Below are positions 1 to 13,040 of a stretch of 64,000 bases of DNA, in pieces. The first letter of the stretch is position 1. Each line of letters begins with the position of its first letter. The notes under the pieces were generated by a model. It was not told the DNA's origin. It did no database searches and worked only from the letters and a program-made list of their open reading frames with translations. The stretch is from Clostridia bacterium. GTDB lineage: Bacteria; Bacillota; Clostridia; RUG12999. The position numbers and the translations under genes are program-made. Location: assembly GCA_017467445.1 (NCBI GenBank), contig JAFTSG010000014.1, positions 19,198-83,197 on the forward strand. Direction: 5' to 3'.

Positions 1-1359
<1,359 letters not shown>

Positions 1360-1360
1360 T

Positions 1361-1621
1361 ATGGATACTCTTTCCCTGCAGGTATGTACTCCAGACGGTG
1401 TGGCTTTTGACGATAAAATTATAAGCGTAACCGCAAGGAGTGTAGTTGGTGATATATGCATTATGAATAACCATGCAAATTATATGACCACCATTGAAAA
1501 CGGGCCTATTGTTATAAAAACCGAAAATGAAGAAATAACCGCAAGGTGTTCCGGCGGATTTATTTCAGTAAATGATAACAAAGTGCGAATTTTTGTAAAT
1601 TCTTTTGATAATTCAAACTAA
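1361..1621 (+). CDS. atpC: F0F1 ATP synthase epsilon subunit, short 86-aa form (beta-sandwich domain only)
   Basis: The ATG lies 1 nt after the atpD stop, the canonical position. MDTLSLQVCTPDGVAFDD... matches the epsilon N-terminal domain. The stop is followed directly by a terminator. Confidence 0.8.
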   Translation: MDTLSLQVCTPDGVAFDDKIISVTARSVVGDICIMNNHANYMTTIENGPIVIKTENEEITARCSGGFISVNDNKVRIFVNSFDNSN

Positions 1622-1649
1622 AAAGGCAGTTCAATTGAACTGCCTTTTT
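1621..1649. terminator. Bidirectional intrinsic terminator between atpC and the convergent SLOG gene
   Basis: Hairpin aaaaGGCAGTTCaattGAACTGCCttttt, with A/T runs on both sides. Confidence 0.7.
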
Positions 1650-2142
1650 ATAGTATATTGATTATTTCAAGTCCTTTTTTACGGGCGTATTCTACGGTGT
1701 TTTTTGTGCCGCCGGACGCGCCGTTGTATGCGGCAATTACGCAGGTGGAATTATCCACCATATACGCATTTCTTATATGAAACGACGCTTTTGAATATTC
1801 GCTTTGTATGAACTTTACGCCGTCTGCGGCATCAATTATATCATAATATTTTTGTTTATTTACTGCGTCCCAGTGCTTTTCAAATCCGTAGTAGGGCGAA
1901 ACCGCTATAAGCGAAATATCGTTTGCTTTTTTAAGTTCAAGCACTGTTTCCGCCGCCCAGATATCAAGCCCTCGTGCCATTCCGGTAATAAATGTTGTAT
2001 AGCCGTCCATTACCGCCTGCATAATTGCTTTTTTAAGCAGGCGTTTTACCTCCTGCTCGGGCAGACGCAGTTTTTCAGGGCGGTGACCCGTAAAACAGCA
2101 GCAGTATTTTTTATTTTCAATTTCGTTCATATTTTTCTCCAT
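1648..2142 (-). CDS. SLOG-fold DUF1273 / YpsA-like protein
   Basis: Family motifs CCFTGHRPEKL and FITGMARGLDIWAAETVLELKK. An alternative ATG at 2130 has the better SD (GGAGAA). Confidence 0.75.
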   Translation of the reverse strand: MEKNMNEIENKKYCCCFTGHRPEKLRLPEQEVKRLLKKAIMQAVMDGYTTFITGMARGLDIWAAETVLELKKANDISLIAVSPYYGFEKHWDAVNKQKYYDIIDAADGVKFIQSEYSKASFHIRNAYMVDNSTCVIAAYNGASGGTKNTVEYARKKGLEIINIL

Positions 2143-2718
2143 CTAAACCAAAATCATTTGAAGATATCCCGATACAATTCCCAGCACTGCCGAAATAAGT
2201 ATTATTATAATGGGGCTTAGTTTTTTTGCCATTCCAAGATAAAGTGCAAGTGCAAGTATTATTACAGATGCCGCCGCGTCCCAGGTTAAAAGTGCCTTAA
2301 GTGAAAAGCCGAGAGGGAAAAATACTGTGGCCAGCATTGAAATAAGCGCTGCACCGATAAGGCCGATTACCGCCGGACGAAGTCCTGTCATAGCACCTTT
2401 TACTGTTTTGCTTTCTTTGAATTTTTTATAGAATTTTGCAACTATCAGTATAATGATAAACGACGGAAGTACAACGCCAAGTGTTGCGCAAAGCGCACCA
2501 AAAATTCCCGCCGTTACCCTGCCGACGTAGGTGGCAATGTTTACCGCAAACGGACCCGGTGTACTTTCACTTACGGCTATAAAATTAACAAGCGCCGTTT
2601 CGGAAAGCCATCCTTTTGCAACTACCTCGGACTGAATAAGCGGTATCATGGCATAGCCGCCGCCAAAGGTTGTTATTCCTATTTTGAAAAACGTTAAAAA
2701 GAGGTCAAGAAATATCAT
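2143..2718 (-). CDS. Chromate transporter family protein (short-chain CHR, second half-gene)
   Basis: FKIGITTFGGGYAMIPLIQSEVV plus multiple TM segments. It overlaps the upstream paralog by 4 nt. Confidence 0.85.
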   Translation of the reverse strand: MIFLDLFLTFFKIGITTFGGGYAMIPLIQSEVVAKGWLSETALVNFIAVSESTPGPFAVNIATYVGRVTAGIFGALCATLGVVLPSFIIILIVAKFYKKFKESKTVKGAMTGLRPAVIGLIGAALISMLATVFFPLGFSLKALLTWDAAASVIILALALYLGMAKKLSPIIIILISAVLGIVSGYLQMILV

Positions 2719-3263
2719 TTTTCAGCCCTCCGAAGTGAAACAAAGAACCACACAAGACCGATGCCTGCGCAGGCAATAAGCACATATATTACGCTTATGT
2801 CAATAAATACTGCAGCAAGCAATGCAAATGCCATAACTATATATGCTGCAAGGTCTTTCGGGCATTGTTTGTACATAGAAATAAGTGCTTTAAATACAAG
2901 GGCGATAACGCCTGCACGAATTCCGTTAAAGGCAAACTGAACCGCCTGTACGCTTTGGAACAGTTCAAGTATATAAGAAATAAGTGTTATTATTATAAAC
3001 GACGGAAGTACAACACCGAGTGTTGCCATTGCCGAACCGAAAAATCCGGCAACTTTAGTGCCGACAAAGGTGGCGCTGTTTATTGCAATCGGGCCGGGGG
3101 TTGTTTCCGCAATGGCTATAATATCAAGGATATCGTCGTCTGTCATCCAGCCATGTTTTTCAACCACTTCACGCTGGATAAGCGGTATCATTGCATAGCC
3201 GCCACCAAACGTGAATGCACCTATTTTAAAAAAGGTTGTAAAAAGCGTAAGCATTTTATTCAT
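2715..3263 (-). CDS. Chromate transporter family protein (short-chain CHR, first half-gene)
   Basis: FKIGAFTFGGGYAMIPLIQREVV. I chose the ATG at 3263, which follows AAAGGAAA. The longer ORF extension has no SD. Confidence 0.85.
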   Translation of the reverse strand: MNKMLTLFTTFFKIGAFTFGGGYAMIPLIQREVVEKHGWMTDDDILDIIAIAETTPGPIAINSATFVGTKVAGFFGSAMATLGVVLPSFIIITLISYILELFQSVQAVQFAFNGIRAGVIALVFKALISMYKQCPKDLAAYIVMAFALLAAVFIDISVIYVLIACAGIGLVWFFVSLRRAEK

Positions 3264-3433
3264 AAGTTCATTTCCTTTATTCAATAATGGATATATTATA
3301 CCACAAAAGGAAAAACCCGTCAACGGTGGTAATTTATTTAAACCGGAAAATTTATGAAAATAAACATTGCATTTTGTCAAAGCTGTGGTATAATATACAT
3401 ATATAGTTTTACTTTTAAATCAGGAGATAAAAT

Positions 3434-4459
3434 ATGACAAATAGTTTTATTGCTTTAATTCCTGCATACAAGCCGTCCGAGCTTCTTATAGATATGCTTG
3501 AAGAAATAAAGGATACTCCGCTTATTCCCGTTGTTATTGACGACGGAAGCGGCAGTGAATTTGCCGATATTTTTGAAAAAGCAAAAGAATATGCTCCCGT
3601 TATTGCCCATGAGGTTAATATGGGAAAAGGGCGCGCACTTAAAACAGGATATACATATATAGAAGAACATTTTGGCGAGGATGCCGTTATTGTTACAATG
3701 GATTCTGACGGCCAGCACCGCACAGAAGATGCTATAAAAATATGCAAAATGGCAGCGGAAAACCCCGGTGCTCTTATTCTGGGTAGCCGTAAGCTTGCCG
3801 AAAATGTTCCGTTTCGCAGTCAGTTCGGAAATACACTTACAAGACTGGTTTATCAGCTTTCAACCGGTATTAAGGTACACGATACGCAGACAGGACTTCG
3901 TGCATTTTCCGCAGGTCTTATTCCGTTTATGAATTCCATAGGCGGCGACAGGTACGAATATGAAATCAACGTTCTTCTAGACTGCACAAGAAATGATATT
4001 CCGATTATTGAAACCGAAATCCCGACTATATATCTTGATAATAATTCCGCTTCGCATTTTAATCCGCTTCGTGATTCTATCAAGATATATAAAGAAATAC
4101 TGAAATTTTCGGCATCATCTTTATTATCATTTCTTGTGGACTATGCCCTTTATACACTGTTCTTTATATTTACCGGGCAACTGCAGGTTTCGCATATCGG
4201 TGCAAGAATTTTCAGTTCCGTGTTTAATTTTACAGTAAACAAAAAGCTTGTATTTAAAAGCAAGGGTAATACTGCAAAATCGGTAGGCCGTTATTTTGCA
4301 CTTGTTGCTGTTATTCTTGTCTTGAGTACGTTTGTACTGAGCTTCTTTGTTCACACCTGTCATATGGACGAATTTTTGGCAAAAATACTGACAGAATGCA
4401 TTTTCTTTGTGTTCAGTTGGTTTTCACAGCATTTTGTAGTATTCAAAAAGAAAAAATGA
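3434..4459 (+). CDS. Family 2 glycosyltransferase fused to a C-terminal GtrA-like membrane domain
   Basis: The N-terminal part has IPAYKPSE...VIDDGSG and DSDGQH motifs. The C-terminal roughly 120 aa has four TM segments with NFTVNKKLVFK (GtrA-like). Confidence 0.85.
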   Translation: MTNSFIALIPAYKPSELLIDMLEEIKDTPLIPVVIDDGSGSEFADIFEKAKEYAPVIAHEVNMGKGRALKTGYTYIEEHFGEDAVIVTMDSDGQHRTEDAIKICKMAAENPGALILGSRKLAENVPFRSQFGNTLTRLVYQLSTGIKVHDTQTGLRAFSAGLIPFMNSIGGDRYEYEINVLLDCTRNDIPIIETEIPTIYLDNNSASHFNPLRDSIKIYKEILKFSASSLLSFLVDYALYTLFFIFTGQLQVSHIGARIFSSVFNFTVNKKLVFKSKGNTAKSVGRYFALVAVILVLSTFVLSFFVHTCHMDEFLAKILTECIFFVFSWFSQHFVVFKKKK

Positions 4460-4463
4460 TACA

Positions 4464-4494
4464 AAAAAGCCTGCACATTTGTGCAGGCTTTTTT
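4464..4494. terminator. Bidirectional intrinsic terminator (GT2 gene / groEL)
   Basis: aaaaaaGCCTGCACatttGTGCAGGCtttttt. Confidence 0.75.
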
Positions 4495-4516
4495 ATATGC
4501 TTTTTATATCGCCGGA

Positions 4517-6154
<1,638 letters not shown>

Positions 6155-6171
6155 TTAAAACATCTCCTTTA

Positions 6172-6511
<340 letters not shown>

Positions 6512-6522
6512 CCACATAGAAT

Positions 6523-6551
6523 ATATTACTATTTTTAAGGGATATATTCAA
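6523..6551 (-). promoter_or_regulatory. Sigma-A-type promoter of groESL
   Basis: Minus strand TTGAAT-17 nt-TAATAT, 12 nt upstream of CIRCE. Confidence 0.55.
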
Positions 6552-6806
6552 GCCCCTGTTTTGCTCATTATTTAAAGTTATATCCAAAATACTCTCGTTT
6601 ACTCGCATTTTTACCACTTTTTACATTCATAGCAAAAATATCCTATATAATAAGTATATATTTGTGCATAATATATACTTTTTATTCTATTATGCTTTCG
6701 GCATACTTATTACACATAAAAAAGCGGAGCTTTTGAAGGATATTGACATTTGTATTATATAATGTAATAATATTATATGTATAAATTGGATAAGGAGTGG
6801 ATATAT

Positions 6807-7010
6807 ATGCTTAAGTTAAATGCTATTTCTTTATTGGAGAAAAAAGGAAAGACAAAATACTGGTTATATAAACAACTTGGAATGAGTTATCAGAATTTCA
6901 ATAAAATGATAAACAATGAAACTAAATCAGTGCAATACGAAAATTTAGAAGCAATGTGTTATCTTCTGGAATGTTCAATAGATGAACTTCTCGTATTTGA
7001 GAATGAATAA
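6807..7010 (+). CDS. Small XRE/Cro-type helix-turn-helix transcriptional regulator (67 aa)
   Basis: KTKYWLYKQLGMSYQNFNKMINNETKSVQYENLEAMCYLLECSIDELL is a classic HTH_XRE layout. SD AAGGAG lies 7 nt before the ATG at 6807. Confidence 0.8.
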   Translation: MLKLNAISLLEKKGKTKYWLYKQLGMSYQNFNKMINNETKSVQYENLEAMCYLLECSIDELLVFENE

Positions 7011-7033
7011 AGGACGGATTTCTCCGTCCTTTC
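7011..7033. terminator. Bidirectional terminator (XRE gene / pfkA)
   Basis: AGGACGGAtttcTCCGTCCTttc. Confidence 0.65.
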
Positions 7034-7045
7034 ATTATTATATTA

Positions 7046-8047
7046 TTATTTCTCGCAAATAATTTTTGAAAGCATAAGGAGCTCGTCCTCAATGCTTTTT
7101 TTCATTTCAAGACCTTCAAGAATATCGTAATCAACAATTTTACCATGTTTAAGAGCAACAACCCTGTTGCCTATTCCGTTGATAAGAAGTTTAACTGCAT
7201 CAGAACCCATTCTGCTTGCCGCAATTCTATCTTTATATGTTGGTTTACCACCTCGCTGAATGTGTCCTAAAACAGTAAGTTTTGCATCAAGCTGAATGCC
7301 GTATTTTTTATCAATCATTTCAACGGTTTCGTTCATAATTTTCTTTGTTGATTTACCGCTTACTTTTTCAACACCTTCTGCTACAATAACAATAAAGTGT
7401 TTCTTTTCTTCATATTTTCTTGCAATAACATCAACAATATTCTTTTCAATATCAAAATTCTGTTCTGCAACAAGAACCGCATCTGCACCGCAGGCAATGG
7501 CAACTTCAACTGCAAGATATCCCGCTTTATTACCCATAACCTCAACAAATGCACTTCTGTTATGCGAACGCATTGTATCATTAATTTTATCAACACAGTC
7601 AATAACCGTGTTAAGGGCTGTATCATAACCTATTGTATATTCGGTACATGAAATATCGTTATCAATAGTTGCCGGAATACCGATTGTAGGAAGTCCTGCA
7701 AGACTTAAATCTCTTGCACCTCGAAACGAACCGTCGCCACCGATTACTATCATGCCTCCGATGCCATGCTGCTTTGCAACTTCAACAGCTTTCTTTACAT
7801 TTTCAGGGTCTTTGAATTCAAGACACCTTGCACTCCCAAGAATAGTACCTCCTCGGTTTATGATATCATCAGTATTCATATTATCAATATCAAAAATATC
7901 TCCGTTAAGAAGTCCTCTGTAACCGTAATTAACGCCCACTACTCCTGCATTGTTGTATTTACAGGTTTTAACAATTGCCGCTATGGCATTATTCATTCCC
8001 GGTGCATCTCCGCCGCTTGTTAAAACTCCTATTTTCTTGTTAAACAT
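7046..8047 (-). CDS. pfkA: ATP-dependent 6-phosphofructokinase
   Basis: IGVLTSGGDAPGMNNAI, IGGDGS and PATIDNDI motifs. Confidence 0.95.
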   Translation of the reverse strand: MFNKKIGVLTSGGDAPGMNNAIAAIVKTCKYNNAGVVGVNYGYRGLLNGDIFDIDNMNTDDIINRGGTILGSARCLEFKDPENVKKAVEVAKQHGIGGMIVIGGDGSFRGARDLSLAGLPTIGIPATIDNDISCTEYTIGYDTALNTVIDCVDKINDTMRSHNRSAFVEVMGNKAGYLAVEVAIACGADAVLVAEQNFDIEKNIVDVIARKYEEKKHFIVIVAEGVEKVSGKSTKKIMNETVEMIDKKYGIQLDAKLTVLGHIQRGGKPTYKDRIAASRMGSDAVKLLINGIGNRVVALKHGKIVDYDILEGLEMKKSIEDELLMLSKIICEK

Positions 8048-8065
8048 CTTTATCCCCCGCTACGA

Positions 8066-8254
8066 TCAATTATTGTTAATTATTATAGTATGAGCCTGCT
8101 CAACTTCAGTTTCAGGAACAAGGATTTCAAAAGATTTTTGCTCTTCCTCTTCGCCGACACTGCGCATCATAACCAGGATCTGCGAATCTTCAAGGAGCTG
8201 TTTTATTTCTTTTGCCACATCTTCATTCTGAGAAATATATACAACAGTCCACAT
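8066..8254 (-). CDS. Small conserved hypothetical protein (62 aa, acidic)
   Basis: SD AGGAGG precedes the ATG at 8254, and a TTGACT-16-TATAAT promoter lies upstream. The gene sits 18 nt upstream of pfkA. Function unknown. Confidence 0.45.
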   Translation of the reverse strand: MWTVVYISQNEDVAKEIKQLLEDSQILVMMRSVGEEEEQKSFEILVPETEVEQAHTIIINNN

Positions 8255-8343
8255 ATTTACCTCCTGCATAAAGCAAAATGCAAAAATTCACCTATATTAC
8301 ATTATATACAAAATTCAAAAAAAGTCAACGATTTCTTGTATTT

Positions 8344-10152
8344 TTATTCATTAAAATACTTATATACAATTTCGGCGGATTTTACACCTATGCCGCAAGC
8401 TGCCAAATCGCTGACCGACGCACTTTTTATATTTTTCACACTACCGAACGCACGAAGCAGCATTCTTTTTTTCTTTGGACCTATTCCGGAGATTTCATCA
8501 AGTGCCGAACGTGACATTTCTTTATTTTCAAGCTTTCGGTGATACGAAATTGCAATTCTGTGCACTTCTTCCTGAAGTGACGCTACAAGTGAAAATGCCT
8601 TGTCCGAAAGTTCTATAATTTCCCCGTCGGGCGTAATAAGCGCACGTGTTTTATGAAAATTATCCTTTACCATGCCAAAGACCGGCACTCTCTTTCCTGC
8701 CGCTTCCATAGCTGCAAGTGCAGCATTGCAATGTCCCAATCCACCATCAACAAAAATCACACCCGGAAGTGAGCCAAATCCCTCATCATCGCCATGTTTA
8801 AGACGTCTTTCAATAACTTCAGTAATAGAAGCATAGTCGTTTGCGCCAACAACAGTTTTTATTTTGAAAAATCTGTACAAACTGCTTTCCGGCACGCCAT
8901 TTAAAAGAACAGCCATAGCACCAACAGAATTATGTCCCGCTGTATTGGATATATCATACGCCTCAATTCTTCTTATCGGCATAGAAAATCCAAGCGCAGA
9001 CGAAAGTTCTTCAAGTGCCGGCCGGTTTTCTTCTTCTTTTTTCGCAAACAGTCCCGTGCGCTCATCAAGCGAGCGCACCGCATTATCTGCCGCCATTTTA
9101 ATAAGATCGCGCCCCGGTCCTCTTTGCGGAACACGAAGTTCCACCTTTTTTCCTGCTTTTTCTGCAAGAAATTCCATGATAGACTCTTTATCATCCGGCT
9201 CGGTATTTATAAGAATTTCAGCAGGAATAAATTCCGCATCCATATAGTACTGAACGAGAAACTTTGCAAATACTTCCTGCGGGGTTTCCGACAAAAGATA
9301 GGAAATATGAACTTCCTTTCTTCCAATAAGTTTACCGCCACGTATATTGAAGACCTGTAAATCGGCATTACTGCCGTCAAACGCCGCCGCAATAACATCT
9401 CTGTCGCCGCCGCCGGGAATAATAATGTTCTGTTTTTCTTTAAGCGCGGCAATACTGGTTAGTTTATCACGCACCTGCGCCGCTTTTTCAAATTCAAGAT
9501 TTTCGGAATATATTTTCATTTCAGCCTTAAGCTGCCGCTCAATCTCGCCCGTTTTTCCATCAAGAAACTCGCAGATGTTCCTAAAAACTTCCTTGTATTC
9601 TTCTTTTGAAATTCTTCCGCTACACGGAGCAGAGCAGTTGTTTATATGATAATTAAGGCACGGTCTGTCCTTGCCGATATCTCTTGGGAACACTCTGTTA
9701 CACGACGGAACCTTAAATACCTTTCGCACAACATCAATTGTTTCTCTTGCACTACCGCCGGTATAAGGGCCATAGTATTTTGCCCCGTCGTTTGCTATCT
9801 TTCGCACAAATGATATTTTGGGGTATTCATTTTGCACCGAAACCTTTATATAGGGATATTGTTTACTATCTTTAAGGAGAATATTATAAAATGGTTTATA
9901 CTTTTTAATAAGATTACATTCCAGCACCAAAGCTTCAGTTTCGGTAGCGGTAACAATATATTCAAAATCGGCAATATTATCCACCATCGCCCGTACTTTC
10001 CCCGAAACTTTATTACTATGGAAATACTGACTTACACGGTTTTTAAGCAGTTTTGATTTACCTACATAAATAACTTCGCCGTCAGCAGATTTCATAATAT
10101 AAACGCCGGGGAGTAGCGGCAGATTTTTAAGTTTTTCTTTTATATTATTCAT
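8344..10152 (-). CDS. uvrC: Excinuclease ABC subunit C
   Basis: GIY-YIG N-terminus (GVYIMKSADGEVIYVGKSKLLKNRVSQY), a UvrBC domain, and a C-terminal HhH. Confidence 0.96.
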   Translation of the reverse strand: MNNIKEKLKNLPLLPGVYIMKSADGEVIYVGKSKLLKNRVSQYFHSNKVSGKVRAMVDNIADFEYIVTATETEALVLECNLIKKYKPFYNILLKDSKQYPYIKVSVQNEYPKISFVRKIANDGAKYYGPYTGGSARETIDVVRKVFKVPSCNRVFPRDIGKDRPCLNYHINNCSAPCSGRISKEEYKEVFRNICEFLDGKTGEIERQLKAEMKIYSENLEFEKAAQVRDKLTSIAALKEKQNIIIPGGGDRDVIAAAFDGSNADLQVFNIRGGKLIGRKEVHISYLLSETPQEVFAKFLVQYYMDAEFIPAEILINTEPDDKESIMEFLAEKAGKKVELRVPQRGPGRDLIKMAADNAVRSLDERTGLFAKKEEENRPALEELSSALGFSMPIRRIEAYDISNTAGHNSVGAMAVLLNGVPESSLYRFFKIKTVVGANDYASITEVIERRLKHGDDEGFGSLPGVIFVDGGLGHCNAALAAMEAAGKRVPVFGMVKDNFHKTRALITPDGEIIELSDKAFSLVASLQEEVHRIAISYHRKLENKEMSRSALDEISGIGPKKKRMLLRAFGSVKNIKSASVSDLAACGIGVKSAEIVYKYFNE

Positions 10153-10230
10153 CTTAACCTCTATTCATTAAAAAAAGGTTGTCTGCGAAGCTGTTAAAAA
10201 TCCCGCACACAACCTTTATTTTTTCTGATA

Positions 10231-10494
10231 TTATTCGCTGAAATTTGATTCAATCAACTCAATAAGTCCATCAACAGCTTCTTTTTCATCCGGACCATTT
10301 GCAAGAACAGTAATTGATGTTCCCTGCACAATACCTAGTGAAAGCACACCAAGAAGACTTTTTGCATTTACTTTTCTTTCTTCTTTTTCAACCCACACAC
10401 TGGATTCAAAAGTATTTGCTTTCTGGATAAAAAATGTAGCCGGTCTGGCATGAAGCCCAACCTGATTATTAACAGTTACATCTCTTGAATACAT
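10231..10494 (-). CDS. ptsH: Phosphocarrier protein HPr
   Basis: His15 context (GLHARPA) and Ser46 context (KVNAKSLLGV). Confidence 0.93.
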   Translation of the reverse strand: MYSRDVTVNNQVGLHARPATFFIQKANTFESSVWVEKEERKVNAKSLLGVLSLGIVQGTSITVLANGPDEKEAVDGLIELIESNFSE

Positions 10495-10607
10495 ATATTT
10501 AACTCTCCTTTAAAATGCCGATTAATACATACATTATATATAAATAAATCAAATTAGTCAAGAGTTTTTAATTTTTTATATGTTTTTGCTAAAAAAGCGC
10601 GCCCACT

Positions 10608-11759
10608 TTACACATTTTTTGACCGAGATAACACACATTTTCCATCTATAAACACATAAACAGTTTTCGACATTGTGTCCGTCGGCACCGATGTAAATAC
10701 TGCAATATCGGCGTCTTTCCCTGCTTTTAAAGAACCTACACGTTCTCCAATGCCACACGCATCTGCCGGCACAATTGTAATAGCCTCGAGAGCCGACTGA
10801 ACGCTCATACCGTTTTTAACAGCAACCGCCGCCTGAAGTGCTATGTACTGACACGGAATTTCAGGATGGTCGGTAATAAGCGCTGTGCGGATACCGCTTT
10901 TTTCAAGAATTCCCGCCGCCGCATCGTCTTTATTTACAAGTTCAGGCTTATTTCTGTCGGTTATTATCGGGCCTATAAATACAGGGCAACCCGCATTTTT
11001 AATAAACTCTGTATTGAGATGGCCTTCTGTTGCATGGTCAAATGTAATATTTATATCAAATTCCTTTGCGATACGCAGTGCCGTAGCCATATCATCAAGT
11101 CTGTGCGCATGCACCTTAAGCGGAATTTCTTTTTTAAGCACAGGTATAAGTGACTCGCTTTTCATATCAAACCCGTCCGATTTTTCCATATAACGTTTTG
11201 CTTTAAAAAGCGCCTCGCGGATAAGTGCCGCCGCACCCATTCTTGTTACGGGCATATTCCCTTTTTCTTTATATGTCTGTTTTGTATTTTCACCAAATGC
11301 TGCTTTAATTGCAACCGGTGCTTTTATAATCATATCGTCAACACATTTGCCCTGCATTTTTATTGCCGCAAACTGTCCTCCAATTGGATTAGCGCTACCC
11401 GGACCGGTAACAGAGGTCGTAACACCTGCTTCAATCCCCTCACGGAAACACTTGTCGTTCGGATTTATTGCATCAATTGCACGAAGATGCGGAAGTATCG
11501 GGTCGGTATCCTCATTGATATCGTCTCCCGCAAATCCAATCGAATCCTCTTCCATACCGATATGGCTGTGCCCGTCTACAATACCCGGCATAACATAGCA
11601 TCCTTCTGCATCATAAACTTCGTCAAATTCGCCGCCGGCAAAATCCGCCATATCTCCAACCTGTTTTATTTTTCCGTTTTCTATAATAATATATCCGTTT
11701 TCGTATATTATACCCTCCATGGTATTAATATATCCGTTTTTTATAAGTATCAAGCGCAA
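10608..11759 (-). CDS. Amidohydrolase-family metallohydrolase
   Basis: HxH metal motif (GIVDGHSHIGM) and a C-terminal GSLKAGKDADI motif typical of the amidohydrolase superfamily. Substrate unknown. Confidence 0.8.
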   Translation of the reverse strand: MRLILIKNGYINTMEGIIYENGYIIIENGKIKQVGDMADFAGGEFDEVYDAEGCYVMPGIVDGHSHIGMEEDSIGFAGDDINEDTDPILPHLRAIDAINPNDKCFREGIEAGVTTSVTGPGSANPIGGQFAAIKMQGKCVDDMIIKAPVAIKAAFGENTKQTYKEKGNMPVTRMGAAALIREALFKAKRYMEKSDGFDMKSESLIPVLKKEIPLKVHAHRLDDMATALRIAKEFDINITFDHATEGHLNTEFIKNAGCPVFIGPIITDRNKPELVNKDDAAAGILEKSGIRTALITDHPEIPCQYIALQAAVAVKNGMSVQSALEAITIVPADACGIGERVGSLKAGKDADIAVFTSVPTDTMSKTVYVFIDGKCVLSRSKNV

Positions 11760-11882
11760 ATCCTCCGTTTTTTACTCTTATAAAATAATTTTACCAAATT
11801 TATATTTTTTTGTCAATTCCCTATGGAAATCCGTGAATACATATGTTATAATGTGTGTATACTAACCCAAAGGAGAATGAAT

Positions 11883-12806
11883 ATGAACCATACTTTTATT
11901 TCCGCACTTTCGGCAACACTTCTGCTTTTCTTTTTTATAATATGCGGATATATACTTCGTAAAACAAATGCCGTTCCGAAAAACTCGGCAGCGGTATTTT
12001 CATCGGTGCTTATGCACTTTTTTATACCTGTTCTTATTTTGTATGTTATGACACAAAACATAACACCAGAAATAATAGCCGCACAAAAGCTGCAGCTTAT
12101 TACTTCTTTTGTTATAATCATTGTAAGCTGCGTACTTGCATATATAATTGCAAAAGTAATGGATAAAGGCAAGTCAAAAAAAGGTGTATATGCATTTACA
12201 ATGGCATTCCCCAACTTTGCTTTTATGGGTATTCCAATTGTTGAAGCGGTTTACGGCGCCGAAGCTTTTTCAACACTTATCCTTTTCATTCTTCCATACT
12301 ACCTACTTGTAAACGTTCTTGGCGATATAATAATAAGAGATGAGCGGCTCCCTCGTTTCAGTACACTTGTTTCACCGATAACCATATCCATCATACTCGG
12401 TTTCGGGCTTGTATACGCAAGGGTTGCAATTCCGAAAATTGTAGTTGACCAGGGATATATAATCTATTCCAGCGCGATACCGCTTTCGATGATGCTTATG
12501 GGATTTGTGCTTGCCGGCAAAAAGATAACAACAATGTTCACGTCCTTAAGCACGTATTTCATTTCAGCAATGCGCCTGATTCTTTTCCCGATGATAACTC
12601 TTATTGCCCTGTGGCTTGTGGGTATTCGCGGAATGGCGCTTGGAGTTCCGGTTTTAATACTCGGTATGCCCACAGCAGTAAACGGTGTTATGCTTGCCGA
12701 AAACGCCGGTAAAGACGCATTTCACTGCAGCTCGGTGGTGTTTATTTCAACACTGCTTTCTCTTCTTACAATCCCGATTCTTTCGTATATAGTAACGCTG
12801 TTTTGA
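11883..12806 (+). CDS. AEC (auxin efflux carrier) family transporter
   Basis: About 10 TM segments with the AEC-like layout. The start is placed at the second ATG after AAAGGAGA. Confidence 0.75.
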   Translation: MNHTFISALSATLLLFFFIICGYILRKTNAVPKNSAAVFSSVLMHFFIPVLILYVMTQNITPEIIAAQKLQLITSFVIIIVSCVLAYIIAKVMDKGKSKKGVYAFTMAFPNFAFMGIPIVEAVYGAEAFSTLILFILPYYLLVNVLGDIIIRDERLPRFSTLVSPITISIILGFGLVYARVAIPKIVVDQGYIIYSSAIPLSMMLMGFVLAGKKITTMFTSLSTYFISAMRLILFPMITLIALWLVGIRGMALGVPVLILGMPTAVNGVMLAENAGKDAFHCSSVVFISTLLSLLTIPILSYIVTLF

Positions 12807-12807
12807 C

Positions 12808-12835
12808 ATCCTGCGGCTAAATGCCGCAGGATTTT
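12808..12835 (+). terminator. Intrinsic terminator of the AEC transporter gene
   Basis: ATCCTGCGGCtaaaTGCCGCAGGATtttt. Confidence 0.75.
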
Positions 12836-13040
12836 ACATTTTATTCACAATTAGTAATGTATTTTTTACAATCAGTTCATAATTTATTCATAAAATAGTG
12901 TTATTATATAAGTGTGATAAATAATCACCCCTATATCATAGAAACTGAATAGAATATCCCCAAATTTTATTTGGTTTCGCTTTTTTACTCCTTTGCAGAA
13001 GGTACATACTATAGTCTGGTAAACAGACTGCAAACCCCTT

